NCBI GenBank assembly: GCA_964291295.2
Contig: OZ219754.1
Span: 2,080,001-2,144,000 of the forward strand
Origin: an uncultured Candidatus Binatia bacterium
GTDB taxonomy: Bacteria; Desulfobacterota; Binatia; UBA9968; JAJDTQ01
Direction of reading: 5' to 3'
Length of the DNA stretch: 64,000 nucleotides
Part shown: piece after piece, positions 19,115-29,206 of the stretch
How the letters are laid out: each line of letters starts with the position of its first letter
Position numbering within the stretch: position 1 is the stretch's first letter
Program-made: the position numbers and the translations under genes
Notes under the pieces: model-generated
Told to the model about the DNA's origin: nothing
The model's input: the letters and a program-made list of their open reading frames with translations, nothing else
Database searches by the model: none

Positions 19115-21025
19115 TCAACCCGCGGCGCCGGCCGTAGCCACCCGCCGCATGAACGGTCGCGCCAGGCCGGCGCCGGCCAGGACCGCGCCGATGATATCGC
19201 TCATCGTGCCAGGGGCGATGAGCATGATGGCGGCCGCGAACACGAGGACCCGCTCGACCGCCTGGGTTCGGTCCTTCAGGTCGCCCACCAGCGCGTAGGC
19301 GTTGAGGATGACCCCGGCCGCGGCCGTGGTGGTGGTGAGGATGACTTCCATGGGGCTGCCGCGCATCAGCAGCGGCGTGCCGAAAACGAAGGCGTAGGGC
19401 AGTATGTAGACTGGCAGCGAGATCAGACCGGCGAACAGGCTGGTGCGCCAGAAGTCACTGCCGGCCACGGTGGCGCCTGCGTAGGCCGCCAGCGCCACCG
19501 GTGGTGTCACCATGGACAGCATGCCGGAGAAGAAGATGAACAGGTGGGCGGCCATGGGCCACACGCCGACCTTGATGAGGACGGGCGCCACCATCAGTGC
19601 GAGGATGATGTAGGCGATGCTGGTGGGCAGTCCCATGCCCAGGATCATGGACGCGAACATGGTCAGCAGCAGGATGACGGTGAGATCGCCGCCCGCCATG
19701 CCGATGACGAGACCCGAGAAGCGGGTGGCCAGGCCGGTCATCAGGATGGTGCCCATGATGATGCCGACGCAGGCCACGGCGGTTCCCAGGGTCGCGAAGT
19801 CCCTGCCGGTGCTTTCGAATACGTGGATGCCCTTCTTGAGAGCGGTCCAGGCCCCGGCCGGTGCGGACGAGGCGAAGCCGCCGCGGTCCCGGCGAAACAT
19901 GGAGAGGGCGGCGATACCCACCCCCAGCACCGCGATGACGGCCATGGCTCGCAGCACCGCCTGGACCGGTGACATCCGCAGCAGCAGCAGCACGATGAGG
20001 AGGCCGATGCCGGCGATGAACGTCAGGCCCTGGGGTTCGCGCACCACTTCCCGAATGCGGGGCAACTCCGACGGCGGCAGTCCCGTGAGCCCGGAGCGCA
20101 ACGCGTAGAAGTAGACCCCCGCCAGCACCCCGACGAAATACAGCACCGCCGGAATCAGCGCGGCCTTGACGATGGCGAGATAGTCCACGGCCAGGAACTG
20201 CATCATGAGAAACGCCGCCGCCCCCATGACCGGCGGCATGAACTGGCCGCCGGTGGACGCCGCCGCCTCCACCGCCCCGGCCACGTGGGGCTGGAAGCCC
20301 ACGCGCTTCATCAGGGGTATCGTGATGGAGCCGGTGACCATGACGTTGGCCACCGCGCTGCCGCTGACCGAGCCCATCATGCCGCTCGAAACCACCGCCA
20401 TCATCGCCGGGCCGCCGCGGTATCTCCCCACCAGCGAGCGGGTGAACTCCATGATGAAGGCAAGCGCGCCGGTGGCTTCCAGCAGCTTGCCGAACATGAC
20501 GAACAGGAAGACGAACTTGAAGGTGATGTAGGTGGCGACGCCGAAGACACCGTTGCCGGACAGGTAGACGGTGGTGACGATGCGGTCCAGGTCGAAACCG
20601 CCGTGCCCGCCCACCCACCGTGGCAGGTGCTGGCCGTAAAAGCAGTAAGCCAGAAACACCAGCGCGGTGATCACCAGCGCCCAGCCCACGATGCGGCGGG
20701 TGGCCTCGAGCACCACGATGACGCACACCACCCCCAGTACCAGGTCGGTCTCGGTGACGAGTCCCGACTTGAAGGCGATCTCTTCGTGCTCGATGAACAC
20801 GTAGCCGAAGGTCGCCAGGCTGAGGGCCAGCCAGAAGAGATCCACCGCCGCCTGGGCCGGGCGCTGGCGCTGCGTCGCCTGGGTCAGGAACACCAGGGCG
20901 AACAGTATCAGCAGGAACAGGCTGCGTTCCTGGAGGGGCGGCAACGGACTGAAGGCGTTCCAGACGGCGTAGACCGACAGTCCGATGGCCAGCAGCCGGA
21001 TGAGGGTCCGACCCAGCGTTTCCAG
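19115..21025 (-). CDS. TRAP transporter fused 4TM/12TM permease (TAXI type); start uncertain, possibly CTG
   Basis: SGSAVANV, EAAASTGGQFMPPVMGAAAF, LGMGLPT, TPPVALAAY; frame open with a TM helix upstream of 20944. Confidence 0.9.
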   Translation of the reverse strand: METLGRTLIRLLAIGLSVYAVWNAFSPLPPLQERSLFLLILFALVFLTQATQRQRPAQAAVDLFWLALSLATFGYVFIEHEEIAFKSGLVTETDLVLGVVCVIVVLEATRRIVGWALVITALVFLAYCFYGQHLPRWVGGHGGFDLDRIVTTVYLSGNGVFGVATYITFKFVFLFVMFGKLLEATGALAFIMEFTRSLVGRYRGGPAMMAVVSSGMMGSVSGSAVANVMVTGSITIPLMKRVGFQPHVAGAVEAAASTGGQFMPPVMGAAAFLMMQFLAVDYLAIVKAALIPAVLYFVGVLAGVYFYALRSGLTGLPPSELPRIREVVREPQGLTFIAGIGLLIVLLLLRMSPVQAVLRAMAVIAVLGVGIAALSMFRRDRGGFASSAPAGAWTALKKGIHVFESTGRDFATLGTAVACVGIIMGTILMTGLATRFSGLVIGMAGGDLTVILLLTMFASMILGMGLPTSIAYIILALMVAPVLIKVGVWPMAAHLFIFFSGMLSMVTPPVALAAYAGATVAGSDFWRTSLFAGLISLPVYILPYAFVFGTPLLMRGSPMEVILTTTTAAAGVILNAYALVGDLKDRTQAVERVLVFAAAIMLIAPGTMSDIIGAVLAGAGLARPFMRRVATAGAAG

Positions 21026-21275
21026 TGCCCCGTCTCCTTTCAGTCGCGCACCGCGCCGGGATGAAAGGGCGCGGTGCCGTCCTGGGTCAGCACCGCCGCC
21101 TGCCCCCGTGCGTGTTCCATGCCGCGCACATTACCGGCCGCCTGTCGAGGCCATGCCCGTGCGGATGCCGCCGGTCTCCACAGCGTACGGTATGCTTCGC
21201 GCGGTTGCCGGGGACACCCGCGCCTTGGCGGCGATCACCGCCGCCAGGGCGCGATTTCAGCGTAACACGTCTCAT
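21017..21275 (-). pseudogene. Internally deleted remnant of a second TAXI solute-binding gene
   Basis: Translates to AVLTQDGTAPFHPGAVRD*KETGHW, matching the neighbouring TAXI C-terminus AVLTARIGVPYHPGAARYWKEAGLW; signal-peptide-like remnant upstream. Confidence 0.75.
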
Positions 21276-21344
21276 GACATGCATCCTGGCGGCTTTCTTC
21301 CGGAAACCGCGGCCTCGGACCGGCGGTGCACGCCTGCGGTGTGC

Positions 21345-22328
21345 CTACTTTCCGGGCCAGAGCCCGGCTTCCTTCCAGTAGCGGGCGGCTCCGGGATGGT
21401 AAGGGACGCCTATCCGGGCCGTCAGCACCGCCGGGTTGAGTTCGGCGTACTTGAAATAGCGCACGTCGGCGGCGAGCTGCTTCAGATTTTGATGAATCAG
21501 CTTGACGACCTGGTAGACCAGCGCTTCATCCGCGTCCGCACGGACCGTGAGAAGGGGACCGCCGATGTCGAAGGTCTCGACGGCCTTCTCGAAGGTGGGC
21601 GTGCTCGCGGGTATGGTCTGCCGCGTCATGTACGGGAACTGTTTGAGCATCTGGTCCACCGCCTGGGGCTCCGGCGGCAGGTACCGCGCGCCCTTTTCGG
21701 CATGAAGGCGCAACGCCGCCGGAATCGGGCTCAGGCCCGAAACCATGGTCGGCATGGCCACGATGTTGCCGTCGCCGAGCTGCGTGTAGAGGTCGCTCAT
21801 GCCCGCGTAGACAGGCCTGAAGTCCTTCTTGTAGGTGAGGCCGTGGGCTTTCATCAACGGCACCATGAAGGCGTCCCAGGTACGGCCGGTGCCCACGCCC
21901 ACGCGGTTCCCCTTGAGGTCGGCGAAGGAGTGGATGGGGCTCCCGGGCAACGTGTGGAGCGTGAAGGCGTTGGGAAAGAGGCCCATGGCCAGAGCCACCG
22001 GGTATTTTCTCTTGTAGGTCATGACGCCGTGGTACGCCGGATAGGAGTTGTTGGAGGCGATGACTCCCATGAAGATCTGCTTGCGTTCGATCAGGCGCAC
22101 GTTCTCGCGTGAACCCTCGGTGACCGCCGCGGTTACCGGGATCTTCAACTCCTTCTCGAGCAGCTTGGCCACGCCCCCCGCCACCACGTAGAAGGCACCG
22201 CCGATGCTGGCACCGCCGATCTCCATGCTCGCCGGCATTGCCGCGGTCGCCCGCTGCGGGCCCGCCGCCCACGCCAGGGCCGCCACGGCGACCGCCACCC
22301 ACAACCCCTTGAGTCTCGGACTTCTCAT
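21345..22328 (-). CDS. TAXI family TRAP solute-binding protein
   Basis: Signal peptide, GGASIGGAFY, TEGSRENV, PYHPGAARYWKEAG; GGAGG SD before ATG 22328. Confidence 0.93.
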   Translation of the reverse strand: MRSPRLKGLWVAVAVAALAWAAGPQRATAAMPASMEIGGASIGGAFYVVAGGVAKLLEKELKIPVTAAVTEGSRENVRLIERKQIFMGVIASNNSYPAYHGVMTYKRKYPVALAMGLFPNAFTLHTLPGSPIHSFADLKGNRVGVGTGRTWDAFMVPLMKAHGLTYKKDFRPVYAGMSDLYTQLGDGNIVAMPTMVSGLSPIPAALRLHAEKGARYLPPEPQAVDQMLKQFPYMTRQTIPASTPTFEKAVETFDIGGPLLTVRADADEALVYQVVKLIHQNLKQLAADVRYFKYAELNPAVLTARIGVPYHPGAARYWKEAGLWPGK

Positions 22329-22440
22329 GACATACCTCCTGAGATGGTTGTTCCAAGGCTGGCCGGGACCCACCCGGCCGCCCCGGCGAATGCGCGTAAA
22401 ATAGGATGGATGGTGTTGCCCGTCAACCCCGCGCCGCCGG

Positions 22441-22706
22441 TCAAAAGGGTCCACCCGGATAGCCCGGCACCACCACCTCCGTGTTCCGGGGCAGCGCTGC
22501 CTTGCTGACGACCAGGGGCCGTCCGGCACGATCCGCGCCGGAAAGCCGTCGGCGAACAGGCGCACCCGATGGAGATCGTCGCGGTAGTGCATGGGGGTCG
22601 CCACCTTCGGCTTGAGCTGCCCGACCACCTCGCGGGCGGTGTGCGGCCCCATGGTGGTGCGACCGCCGATGGGCACCCGTGCCACATTCACCTTCACCCG
22701 GGTCAT
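22441..22706 (-). pseudogene. C-terminal fragment of an MBL-fold metallo-hydrolase, frameshifted
   Basis: VPIGGRTTMGPHTAREVVGQLKPKVATPMHY continues in another frame as LVVSKAALPRNTEVVV; no HxHxDH N-terminus. Confidence 0.7.
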
Positions 22707-22743
22707 TCACCGGCGGCACGCATCATTCCGCAATGCGCTCCGG

Positions 22744-22773
22744 TTGACAAACGGCTTGCCACTGCCCTAGAAG
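22744..22773 (+). promoter_or_regulatory. Candidate sigma70 promoter for ABC operon
   Basis: TTGACA-18nt-TAGAAG about 70 nt upstream of ATG 22844. Confidence 0.4.
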
Positions 22774-22843
22774 GGCCTTGCCTGCGTGCGGGCCGCCCGC
22801 CCCAGGCTTCCGCGCAAGTCATACCCGAGAGGAGGAAATTCCC

Positions 22844-23887
22844 ATGAAGTCGATCTGTCTGATTGTCGCGCTGCTCTTCCTGTGCGTCACCGTCGCGTGG
22901 GGGCAGAGCGCCACCCTCAAGGAGCTGGCCAACTACACGGGCCCGGCGGCGGACTACGAGAAGATGCTGCATGCGGGCGCCAGGAAGGAAGGAAAGGTGG
23001 TCTGGTACACGTCGCTCGGCGGCAAGTCGTGGAAGACCATCAGGGCGGCTTTCGCCAGGAAATATCCTGACGTGAAGATCGAGGTCTATCGCGCGGGCAG
23101 CAAGGACATTTCGTCCAAGGTCTTTGCCGAGGCCAAGGCCGGGAAACATCTTGCGGACGCCACCGAGACCACGCCCGGGGTCCTGCAGCTGTTCCGCGAG
23201 GCGAAGATCATCGTGCCTTACACCAGCCCGGAGCACGCGAGGTGGCCGGATGAGCACCAGACCAAGGCCGGGAGCGGCGGGGTCTGGTGGGTCACCGACC
23301 GCGAGTCCTTCATCGGGCTGGGCTACAACACCAGGAAGCTGTCCGGGGAACAGGCGCCCAAGAGCTTCGACGAACTCCTGAACCCGGCTCTCAAGGGCAA
23401 GATCGTCATGAGCATTCTCAGCACCGGCGACCGGATGCTGGGTACCATGCTGAAGGTAAAGGGGCCGGAATACATCGAGAAGCTCAAGAAGCAGGAGGTC
23501 AAGCTCGCGAAGATCTCGGGCACGGCCACGCGCGACCTGATCATCTCGGGCGAGTTCGTCGCCTCACCCACGGTCTTCCGCAACCACGCACTGGTGAAGA
23601 TCAACGAGGGGGCGCCGCTGGGGTGGAATTCGCTGGACGAAGTCCCGACCAACGCCGGTGGCTCCTCGCTGTTCGCCAACGCACCGCACCCCCATGCCGC
23701 GCTGCTGCTGATCCACTTCGTCCTCACCGAGGGGCAGGAGGTTCTGCAGAAGTTCCACTACGGCATGGCGTGGAAGGACTACCCGTTCAAGCGCGTGTAT
23801 CCCGAACGGGGTTTGAGCGCGTCACAGTACAACAGGAAGCTCAAGGAGTGGAACAAGTTGCTCCGTTCCATCGGCCGCCGGGGCTGA
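22844..23887 (+). CDS. ABC extracellular solute-binding protein (Fe3+/thiamine-binding-like family)
   Basis: Signal peptide, ARKEGKVVWYTS, APHPHAALLLIHF; GAGGAG SD. Confidence 0.9.
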   Translation: MKSICLIVALLFLCVTVAWGQSATLKELANYTGPAADYEKMLHAGARKEGKVVWYTSLGGKSWKTIRAAFARKYPDVKIEVYRAGSKDISSKVFAEAKAGKHLADATETTPGVLQLFREAKIIVPYTSPEHARWPDEHQTKAGSGGVWWVTDRESFIGLGYNTRKLSGEQAPKSFDELLNPALKGKIVMSILSTGDRMLGTMLKVKGPEYIEKLKKQEVKLAKISGTATRDLIISGEFVASPTVFRNHALVKINEGAPLGWNSLDEVPTNAGGSSLFANAPHPHAALLLIHFVLTEGQEVLQKFHYGMAWKDYPFKRVYPERGLSASQYNRKLKEWNKLLRSIGRRG

Positions 23888-24019
23888 CCGGTTTCCGTGT
23901 TCCGTTCGATCACGCTCGAACTGTTCCGGCACGGGGCCGGCAGCTACGACCTGGCCCCGTGCCGCGCTGGGTGCGAATGAGCGGGCTGGTGCGTGCAGGC
24001 CGGTGGAGGAATTGAGCAT

Positions 24020-25795
24020 TTGAGCAAGGATCAGGCAGTTTCCGGGGGGCAGGGAACGACCGGCGGCGGTTCCCGGATGCTCCTGGACATGCTGCGTCCA
24101 GACAGGCAGGGGCGTGACTACCCGCTGTGGTTGTTCATCCCCTGTGCACTGGCGCTGCTGTACCTCGTGGTTCCGCCGCTGGCGTTCATCTTCTATACGA
24201 GCCTCGTTCCGTCCCTCGACTCCGGGATCATCGGCCTCACGTTCCAGAACTTCTTCAACATCTTCGAGTCCCTCGCGGAGTTCGAAACCCTGGTCTGGAA
24301 CTCCCTGGTGTTCTCCGTGGGCAGCGCCCTATGGGCACTGTTGTTCGGAACGGTGATGGCGTGGCTGGCGGAGCGGACCAACGCGCCGTTCCGCATGGTG
24401 ACCTATGTGGCGGCCTTCGTGTCGTTCGCCGTGCCCGGGCTGATCAAGGTCATCGGCTGGATCCTGCTGCTGGGGCCGGAGGCCGGGTTCATCAACCTGT
24501 CCGTGAAGTGGCTTACGGGGTTCGGCCCGATCTTCGACATCTTCTCCATGAGCGGCATGGTGCTGGTGGAAGGATTCCTTTGGACGCCCATCGTCTTTCT
24601 GCTCATGGCGACGCCGTTCCGGTCCATGGATCCGTCCCTGGAGGAGGCCGCGGTGGTGGCCGGCAGCACGGACTGGCAGGTGTTCTGGAAGGTCACCTTT
24701 CCCATGGCCATGCCCAGCGTCCTGTCGGTGCTGATCCTGACGTTCATCCGCAGCCTGGAAGCCTTCGAGATTCCGGCGCTGGTGGGCCTGCCCGCGGGCA
24801 TCGAGGTGATGACCACGCAGATCTACCTTGAGTTGAGCGAGGGGTACATACCCGAGTACGGCAACGCCAGTGCCTATTCGGTGCTGCTCATCGGCCTGGT
24901 GGGGCTGTGCCTGCTGCCCTACTATCGCGTGACCCAGCACGCACACCGATTCACCACCATCACCGGCAAGGGGTTCCAGCCGCGGCGCAAGGAGCTGGGC
25001 CGGTGGCGCTGGCTGGGCGGCGTCGCCTTGCTGGGACTGCCGGCACTCCAGCTCCTGCCGCTGACGGCCCTCGTCTGGGCGAGCTTCATGCCCTACCTCG
25101 TGGTGCCCTCGTGGCAGGCCCTCTCCCTGTTCACGCTGAACAACTACGTGGAGGCGTTCAGCGACGACAAGATCCTGCGCTCCATCCTGAACAATCTCAC
25201 CATCAGCATCGTTTCCGCCACCGCCTGCGTGGGCGTGGCGTTCATCACGGCCTGGCTGGTGACGCGCACCCGGATCAAGCTGCGCTGGAGTCTGGACCGG
25301 CTCACCATGGTGCCGCTGGTGTTCCCGGGAATCGTCATGGGGGTGGCTATCCTGCAGACCTACCTGACGGTTCCGATTCCGGTCTACGGCACCATCTGGA
25401 TCATGGTCATCGCCTTCGCCGCCCGCTATCTCCCGTACGCAATGCGGTTCAGCCACGCGGGTCTCATCGGTATCCACAAGGAGCTGGAGGAGAGTGCCAC
25501 CACCAGCGGCGCGAGTTGGGGCAACGTCGCCCGCAAGATCATGATCCCGCTGATGATGCCGGCCCTGTTCGCCGGATGGATCTACATCTTTCTCATCACC
25601 ATCCGGGAGCTGTCGGTGGCTCTGCTGCTCTACAGCCCCGGTTCCGAGGTGATCTCCGTGGTCATCTGGGAGCTCTGGGAGAACGGCGCCGTGGGCACCC
25701 TGTCGGCCTTCGCCTTGGGCATCAGTGCCGGCACCGTGCTGCTCGCGAGCTTCTTCTACAGCCTCAGCCGCCGTCACGGCCTGGACGTCCGGTAG
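24020..25795 (+). CDS. ABC transporter permease (FbpB-like)
   Basis: DPSLEEAA and KELEESA EAA loops, FEIPALVG; TTG start after GGAGGA. Confidence 0.9.
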   Translation: MSKDQAVSGGQGTTGGGSRMLLDMLRPDRQGRDYPLWLFIPCALALLYLVVPPLAFIFYTSLVPSLDSGIIGLTFQNFFNIFESLAEFETLVWNSLVFSVGSALWALLFGTVMAWLAERTNAPFRMVTYVAAFVSFAVPGLIKVIGWILLLGPEAGFINLSVKWLTGFGPIFDIFSMSGMVLVEGFLWTPIVFLLMATPFRSMDPSLEEAAVVAGSTDWQVFWKVTFPMAMPSVLSVLILTFIRSLEAFEIPALVGLPAGIEVMTTQIYLELSEGYIPEYGNASAYSVLLIGLVGLCLLPYYRVTQHAHRFTTITGKGFQPRRKELGRWRWLGGVALLGLPALQLLPLTALVWASFMPYLVVPSWQALSLFTLNNYVEAFSDDKILRSILNNLTISIVSATACVGVAFITAWLVTRTRIKLRWSLDRLTMVPLVFPGIVMGVAILQTYLTVPIPVYGTIWIMVIAFAARYLPYAMRFSHAGLIGIHKELEESATTSGASWGNVARKIMIPLMMPALFAGWIYIFLITIRELSVALLLYSPGSEVISVVIWELWENGAVGTLSAFALGISAGTVLLASFFYSLSRRHGLDVR

Positions 25796-25844
25796 CGCCG
25801 GGGTCTCCGGCACGCCGCAGGAGACAGGGCGCCGTTGGCGGCGA

Positions 25845-26678
25845 CTATCCGATGGGGTGGCGCGCGAGAAAATCTTCCAGCGCGGTCAGTGCGCCGGTGC
25901 CGTCCCAGAAGGTCATGTGGCGTACGCCGGGAATCAACGCCAGCTCCGCTCCGGGTATGGCATGGCCCAGCCGCGTGGCCGTGTCCACCGGTGTGCTGCC
26001 GCGCCTTTCCACCTTGTCGTCCTGGCCGCACAGTACCAGCGTGGGTACCTTGACCCGCGGCGCGGCGGCCAGCGTATCCCAAGTGACGCGTGCGCGTTCG
26101 TGGCGGCGGAACATCTCCACGGTGGACTGTCCGGACCAGAGGGCGTCCGCAAGGGCGGCGGCCACCGCCCGGTTGACCTGGTAGCGGACGGGGTTGAACG
26201 CCATGCCGTCGTTGTCCACGTGAGAGCGGATGTATGGCTCGAACCCCATTTCCCGGATGCGCGCGTGTGTTTCGGGGGAGCAGTCCCGCATGCCGCCACC
26301 GAGGGTTCGGGAACCGGGGCCGGTCGCGGCCATGGTGAGTGTCGCCACCAGGTCCGGTCGGGCGATGGCCAGGGCCTGGAGGATCTGGCCGCCGATGGCG
26401 AACCCCACCACATGGCAGCGCGTGATTCCGAGATGTGCCAACAGCGCGGCGCAGTCCTCGGCGAACCGGCTCACGGTATAGCCGTCCTCCGGGGCGCTGC
26501 TGCGTCCGGTGCCCCGGCAGTCCATGAGGAGGGTCTCACGGTGCCGGCTCAACGTGGGAACCACCTGGATTTTCCAGGGGTCCGACGGCCACCATGAGGC
26601 GGGAACCAGCAACACCGGTTCTCCGGCTCCCTGCCGTTCGTAGTAGAGTTCCAGTCCGTCCAGCGTGGCCTTGGGCAT
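25845..26678 (-). CDS. Alpha/beta hydrolase fold protein
   Basis: LYYERQGAGEPVLLV, DCRGTGRS, GFAIGG (nucleophile Ser position is Ala), PTLVLCG. Confidence 0.85.
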   Translation of the reverse strand: MPKATLDGLELYYERQGAGEPVLLVPASWWPSDPWKIQVVPTLSRHRETLLMDCRGTGRSSAPEDGYTVSRFAEDCAALLAHLGITRCHVVGFAIGGQILQALAIARPDLVATLTMAATGPGSRTLGGGMRDCSPETHARIREMGFEPYIRSHVDNDGMAFNPVRYQVNRAVAAALADALWSGQSTVEMFRRHERARVTWDTLAAAPRVKVPTLVLCGQDDKVERRGSTPVDTATRLGHAIPGAELALIPGVRHMTFWDGTGALTALEDFLARHPIG

Positions 26679-26812
26679 TGCAGTCTCCGATCCGAATGTT
26701 CCGCGCGGGCGGCCGGACCGCCGGCACTCCGTGCACGCGTCCGTCGACAGGAGAGGTGGCACGGCCGCGCCCGGAACCGGCAAGGGCGGGAGGCGGACCG
26801 TCCGGACCCCAG

Positions 26813-28075
26813 CTACTGCCGCCCCGGGCCGGCGGCCGGCGCATCGGAGCGCAGCAGTTCGAGGGTCTCCTGCCGCGGAAAGCCATCCACGCGCCGGCGC
26901 TTCTTCGCCTGATAGTCCCGTATCGCGGCGCGGGTTCTGGGGCCGATGATGCCGTCGATCTCGCCGATGTCATATCCTCGGGCGGCCAGCAGACGCTGTA
27001 ACTCCCTGCGGTCCGCCTCGGCCATGGGAGCGACGCCGTCGGGCCAGGCAAGGGCGGGTTCGTCGCTGCGCATGCGGTCCGCGAGATGTCCGATCGCCAG
27101 AGCGTATTTCCGCGCCGGGTTGTAGCGCATGATGACGCGAAAGTTCCGGCGCAACAGGAAAGCGGGCCCTTGAATTCCCGCCGGAAGGTAGAGGCGGGCT
27201 GGTTCCTCCCGGTGGGGGAATGCTCCGCCGCCGGCGCGCCGAACGCCCATTCGCTCCCACGCCGCCAACCCTCTTTCGCCCCGGCGGCCGGTGAGGCCGG
27301 CGTCAAACCCTTCCGGCAGCAGAACCCGGTGCCCCCAGGGCCGGCCCGGGAGCCAGCCGTTCCGGCGCAGGTAGTTGGCCGTGGACGCCAGCGCGTCCTG
27401 CGGCGTTTCCCAGATATCGCGGCGTCCGTCGCCGGTGAAGTCCACCGCGTAGGCGGTGTAGCTGGTGGGAATGAACTGCGTGTGGCCCATGGCCCCCGCC
27501 CAGGAACCGGTCATGCGCTCGACGGTGATGTCCCCCGCCTTGAGGATCTCCAGGGCGGCCAGCAGCTGGTTCCGTCCGAATCGGGTCCTGCGCCCCTTGT
27601 AGGCCAAAGTGGAAAGCGAGCGGATGACATTGTGCTGGCCGCGCCGCGCTCCATACAGTGTCTCCATGCCCCAGATGGCCGCAAGCACGTGGCGGTCCAC
27701 GCCGTACCGCCGTTCGATTCGCCCCAGGGCGGAGGCATGTTCGGAGAGCTTGCGCCGCCCCTGGCGGACACGCGTATCGGTCACCACCAGTGCCATGTAG
27801 TGGGAGGCGGCCAGAACAAACTCGGGCTGGCGGTTGTTTCTCTCGATCACCTCGGGGTCGGGCGTCAGGCCGCGGAACGCATGGTCGTAGAGTGCCTCGG
27901 GAATGCCCCGGCGTCGTGCCACGACGCGGAATTCACGGACGAAGACGCGGTAGGCCGCCTGGTCGGAGATCGGCGGCCGGATCGCGAACCCCGGCGCCGG
28001 GGCGTCGGCGGCCACGACCGCCGGCACGAGGGCCGCCAGAACCATCGCGGGCCGGCAGAAGTCCTTTGCGATCAT
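26813..28075 (-). CDS. Lytic murein transglycosylase (MltB/SltB family) with C-terminal PG-binding domain
   Basis: AIWGMETLYG, GSWAGAMGHTQFIPTSY, DFTGDGRRDIW, YN; DGIIGPRTRAAIRDYQ. Confidence 0.95.
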   Translation of the reverse strand: MIAKDFCRPAMVLAALVPAVVAADAPAPGFAIRPPISDQAAYRVFVREFRVVARRRGIPEALYDHAFRGLTPDPEVIERNNRQPEFVLAASHYMALVVTDTRVRQGRRKLSEHASALGRIERRYGVDRHVLAAIWGMETLYGARRGQHNVIRSLSTLAYKGRRTRFGRNQLLAALEILKAGDITVERMTGSWAGAMGHTQFIPTSYTAYAVDFTGDGRRDIWETPQDALASTANYLRRNGWLPGRPWGHRVLLPEGFDAGLTGRRGERGLAAWERMGVRRAGGGAFPHREEPARLYLPAGIQGPAFLLRRNFRVIMRYNPARKYALAIGHLADRMRSDEPALAWPDGVAPMAEADRRELQRLLAARGYDIGEIDGIIGPRTRAAIRDYQAKKRRRVDGFPRQETLELLRSDAPAAGPGRQ

Positions 28076-28334
28076 GCCGCGGGATGCATGCGGGCCGGCT
28101 CCACCGCTCCGGTGAAGCGCCCGAAGATTCCTTCTCCTCCGTCCGCCATCAGATACCTCCTCGGGTCACTGTGATCGTTGTCGCCACCGAAAGCAACAGA
28201 CCCTTGACGAGCGTGCGCGACCCCTCCGAGGCCATGCCGCAGGTTTGCCCAACGCATCCGTTCCGGCTATGTTCGGAGCGGCGTTGCGCTCCGCACGCCG
28301 ATGGCAGCCACATCATGCGAGAGGAGACCTCACC

Positions 28335-29195
28335 ATGCCCAGACCGCGTCCCATCAAGTGGCCGGACAATGCGAAGATATGCGTCACATTCATCATTCCC
28401 TGGGAGGTGTGGCCGGCCAACTACGCCACACGGGGCTCGCTTCAGCGGGTCAGTCACCCGCTGCCGCCGGAGAACGCGGTATTCAAGCAGAACATGGCCG
28501 CCGTCACCGAGCGGGAGTACGGTGACCGGGTGGGCATCTGGCGCATCATGGACATGTTCGAGCGGCACAATCTCAAGGTCACCTTCCTGATGAATGGCAA
28601 GAAGGTGGAGCAGTTCCCCGACGAGGTGAGGGAGTTCCAGTCCCGGGGGCACGAGTTTTCCTCGGAGTGCTACGAGCACGAGTACGCTTTCATGTATACC
28701 CGGGAGGAGGAGCGCAAGTCGATTCAGGACACGGTGGCCGCCTTCAGGAAGGTTCTGGGGGCGCCTCCGACGGGTTACCTGTCTCCCGGCCATGCCTCCA
28801 CGGACAATACGCTGGAATTGGTGGCGGAGGCGGGGTTCGTCTGGTGGGCCGATCCGCTCAACTCGGATGTTCCCTACACCGTGGAGTCCGGCGGCCGGAA
28901 GGTCGCCGTGGTGCCCTACAACGTGCCCGGGTGCAACGACTACTCGACCTACGGCGGCGGCCGCACGCCCCGGGACCTGCTTCAGATCATGAAGGACCAG
29001 TTCGATTACCTCTACTGGGAGGGGGAGCAGGGTGCGCCGAAGTTCTTCGCGTTCAATCTGCACCCGTTCGTTTCCGGCGTGCCCTACCGCACCCGGATCG
29101 TGGACGAGTTCATCAAGTACGCCAAGGGCTTTCCCGACGTCTGGTTTGCCAGGAGGCTGGAGATCGCCAACTGGACTCTGGAGCAGGGCTTCTGA
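28335..29195 (+). CDS. Polysaccharide deacetylase family (PuuE/allantoinase-like)
   Basis: WPDNAK, EYGDRVGIWRI, KDQFDYLYWEG, LHPFVSGVPYR. Confidence 0.88.
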   Translation: MPRPRPIKWPDNAKICVTFIIPWEVWPANYATRGSLQRVSHPLPPENAVFKQNMAAVTEREYGDRVGIWRIMDMFERHNLKVTFLMNGKKVEQFPDEVREFQSRGHEFSSECYEHEYAFMYTREEERKSIQDTVAAFRKVLGAPPTGYLSPGHASTDNTLELVAEAGFVWWADPLNSDVPYTVESGGRKVAVVPYNVPGCNDYSTYGGGRTPRDLLQIMKDQFDYLYWEGEQGAPKFFAFNLHPFVSGVPYRTRIVDEFIKYAKGFPDVWFARRLEIANWTLEQGF

Positions 29196-29206
29196 CACCG
29201 GCCCGG

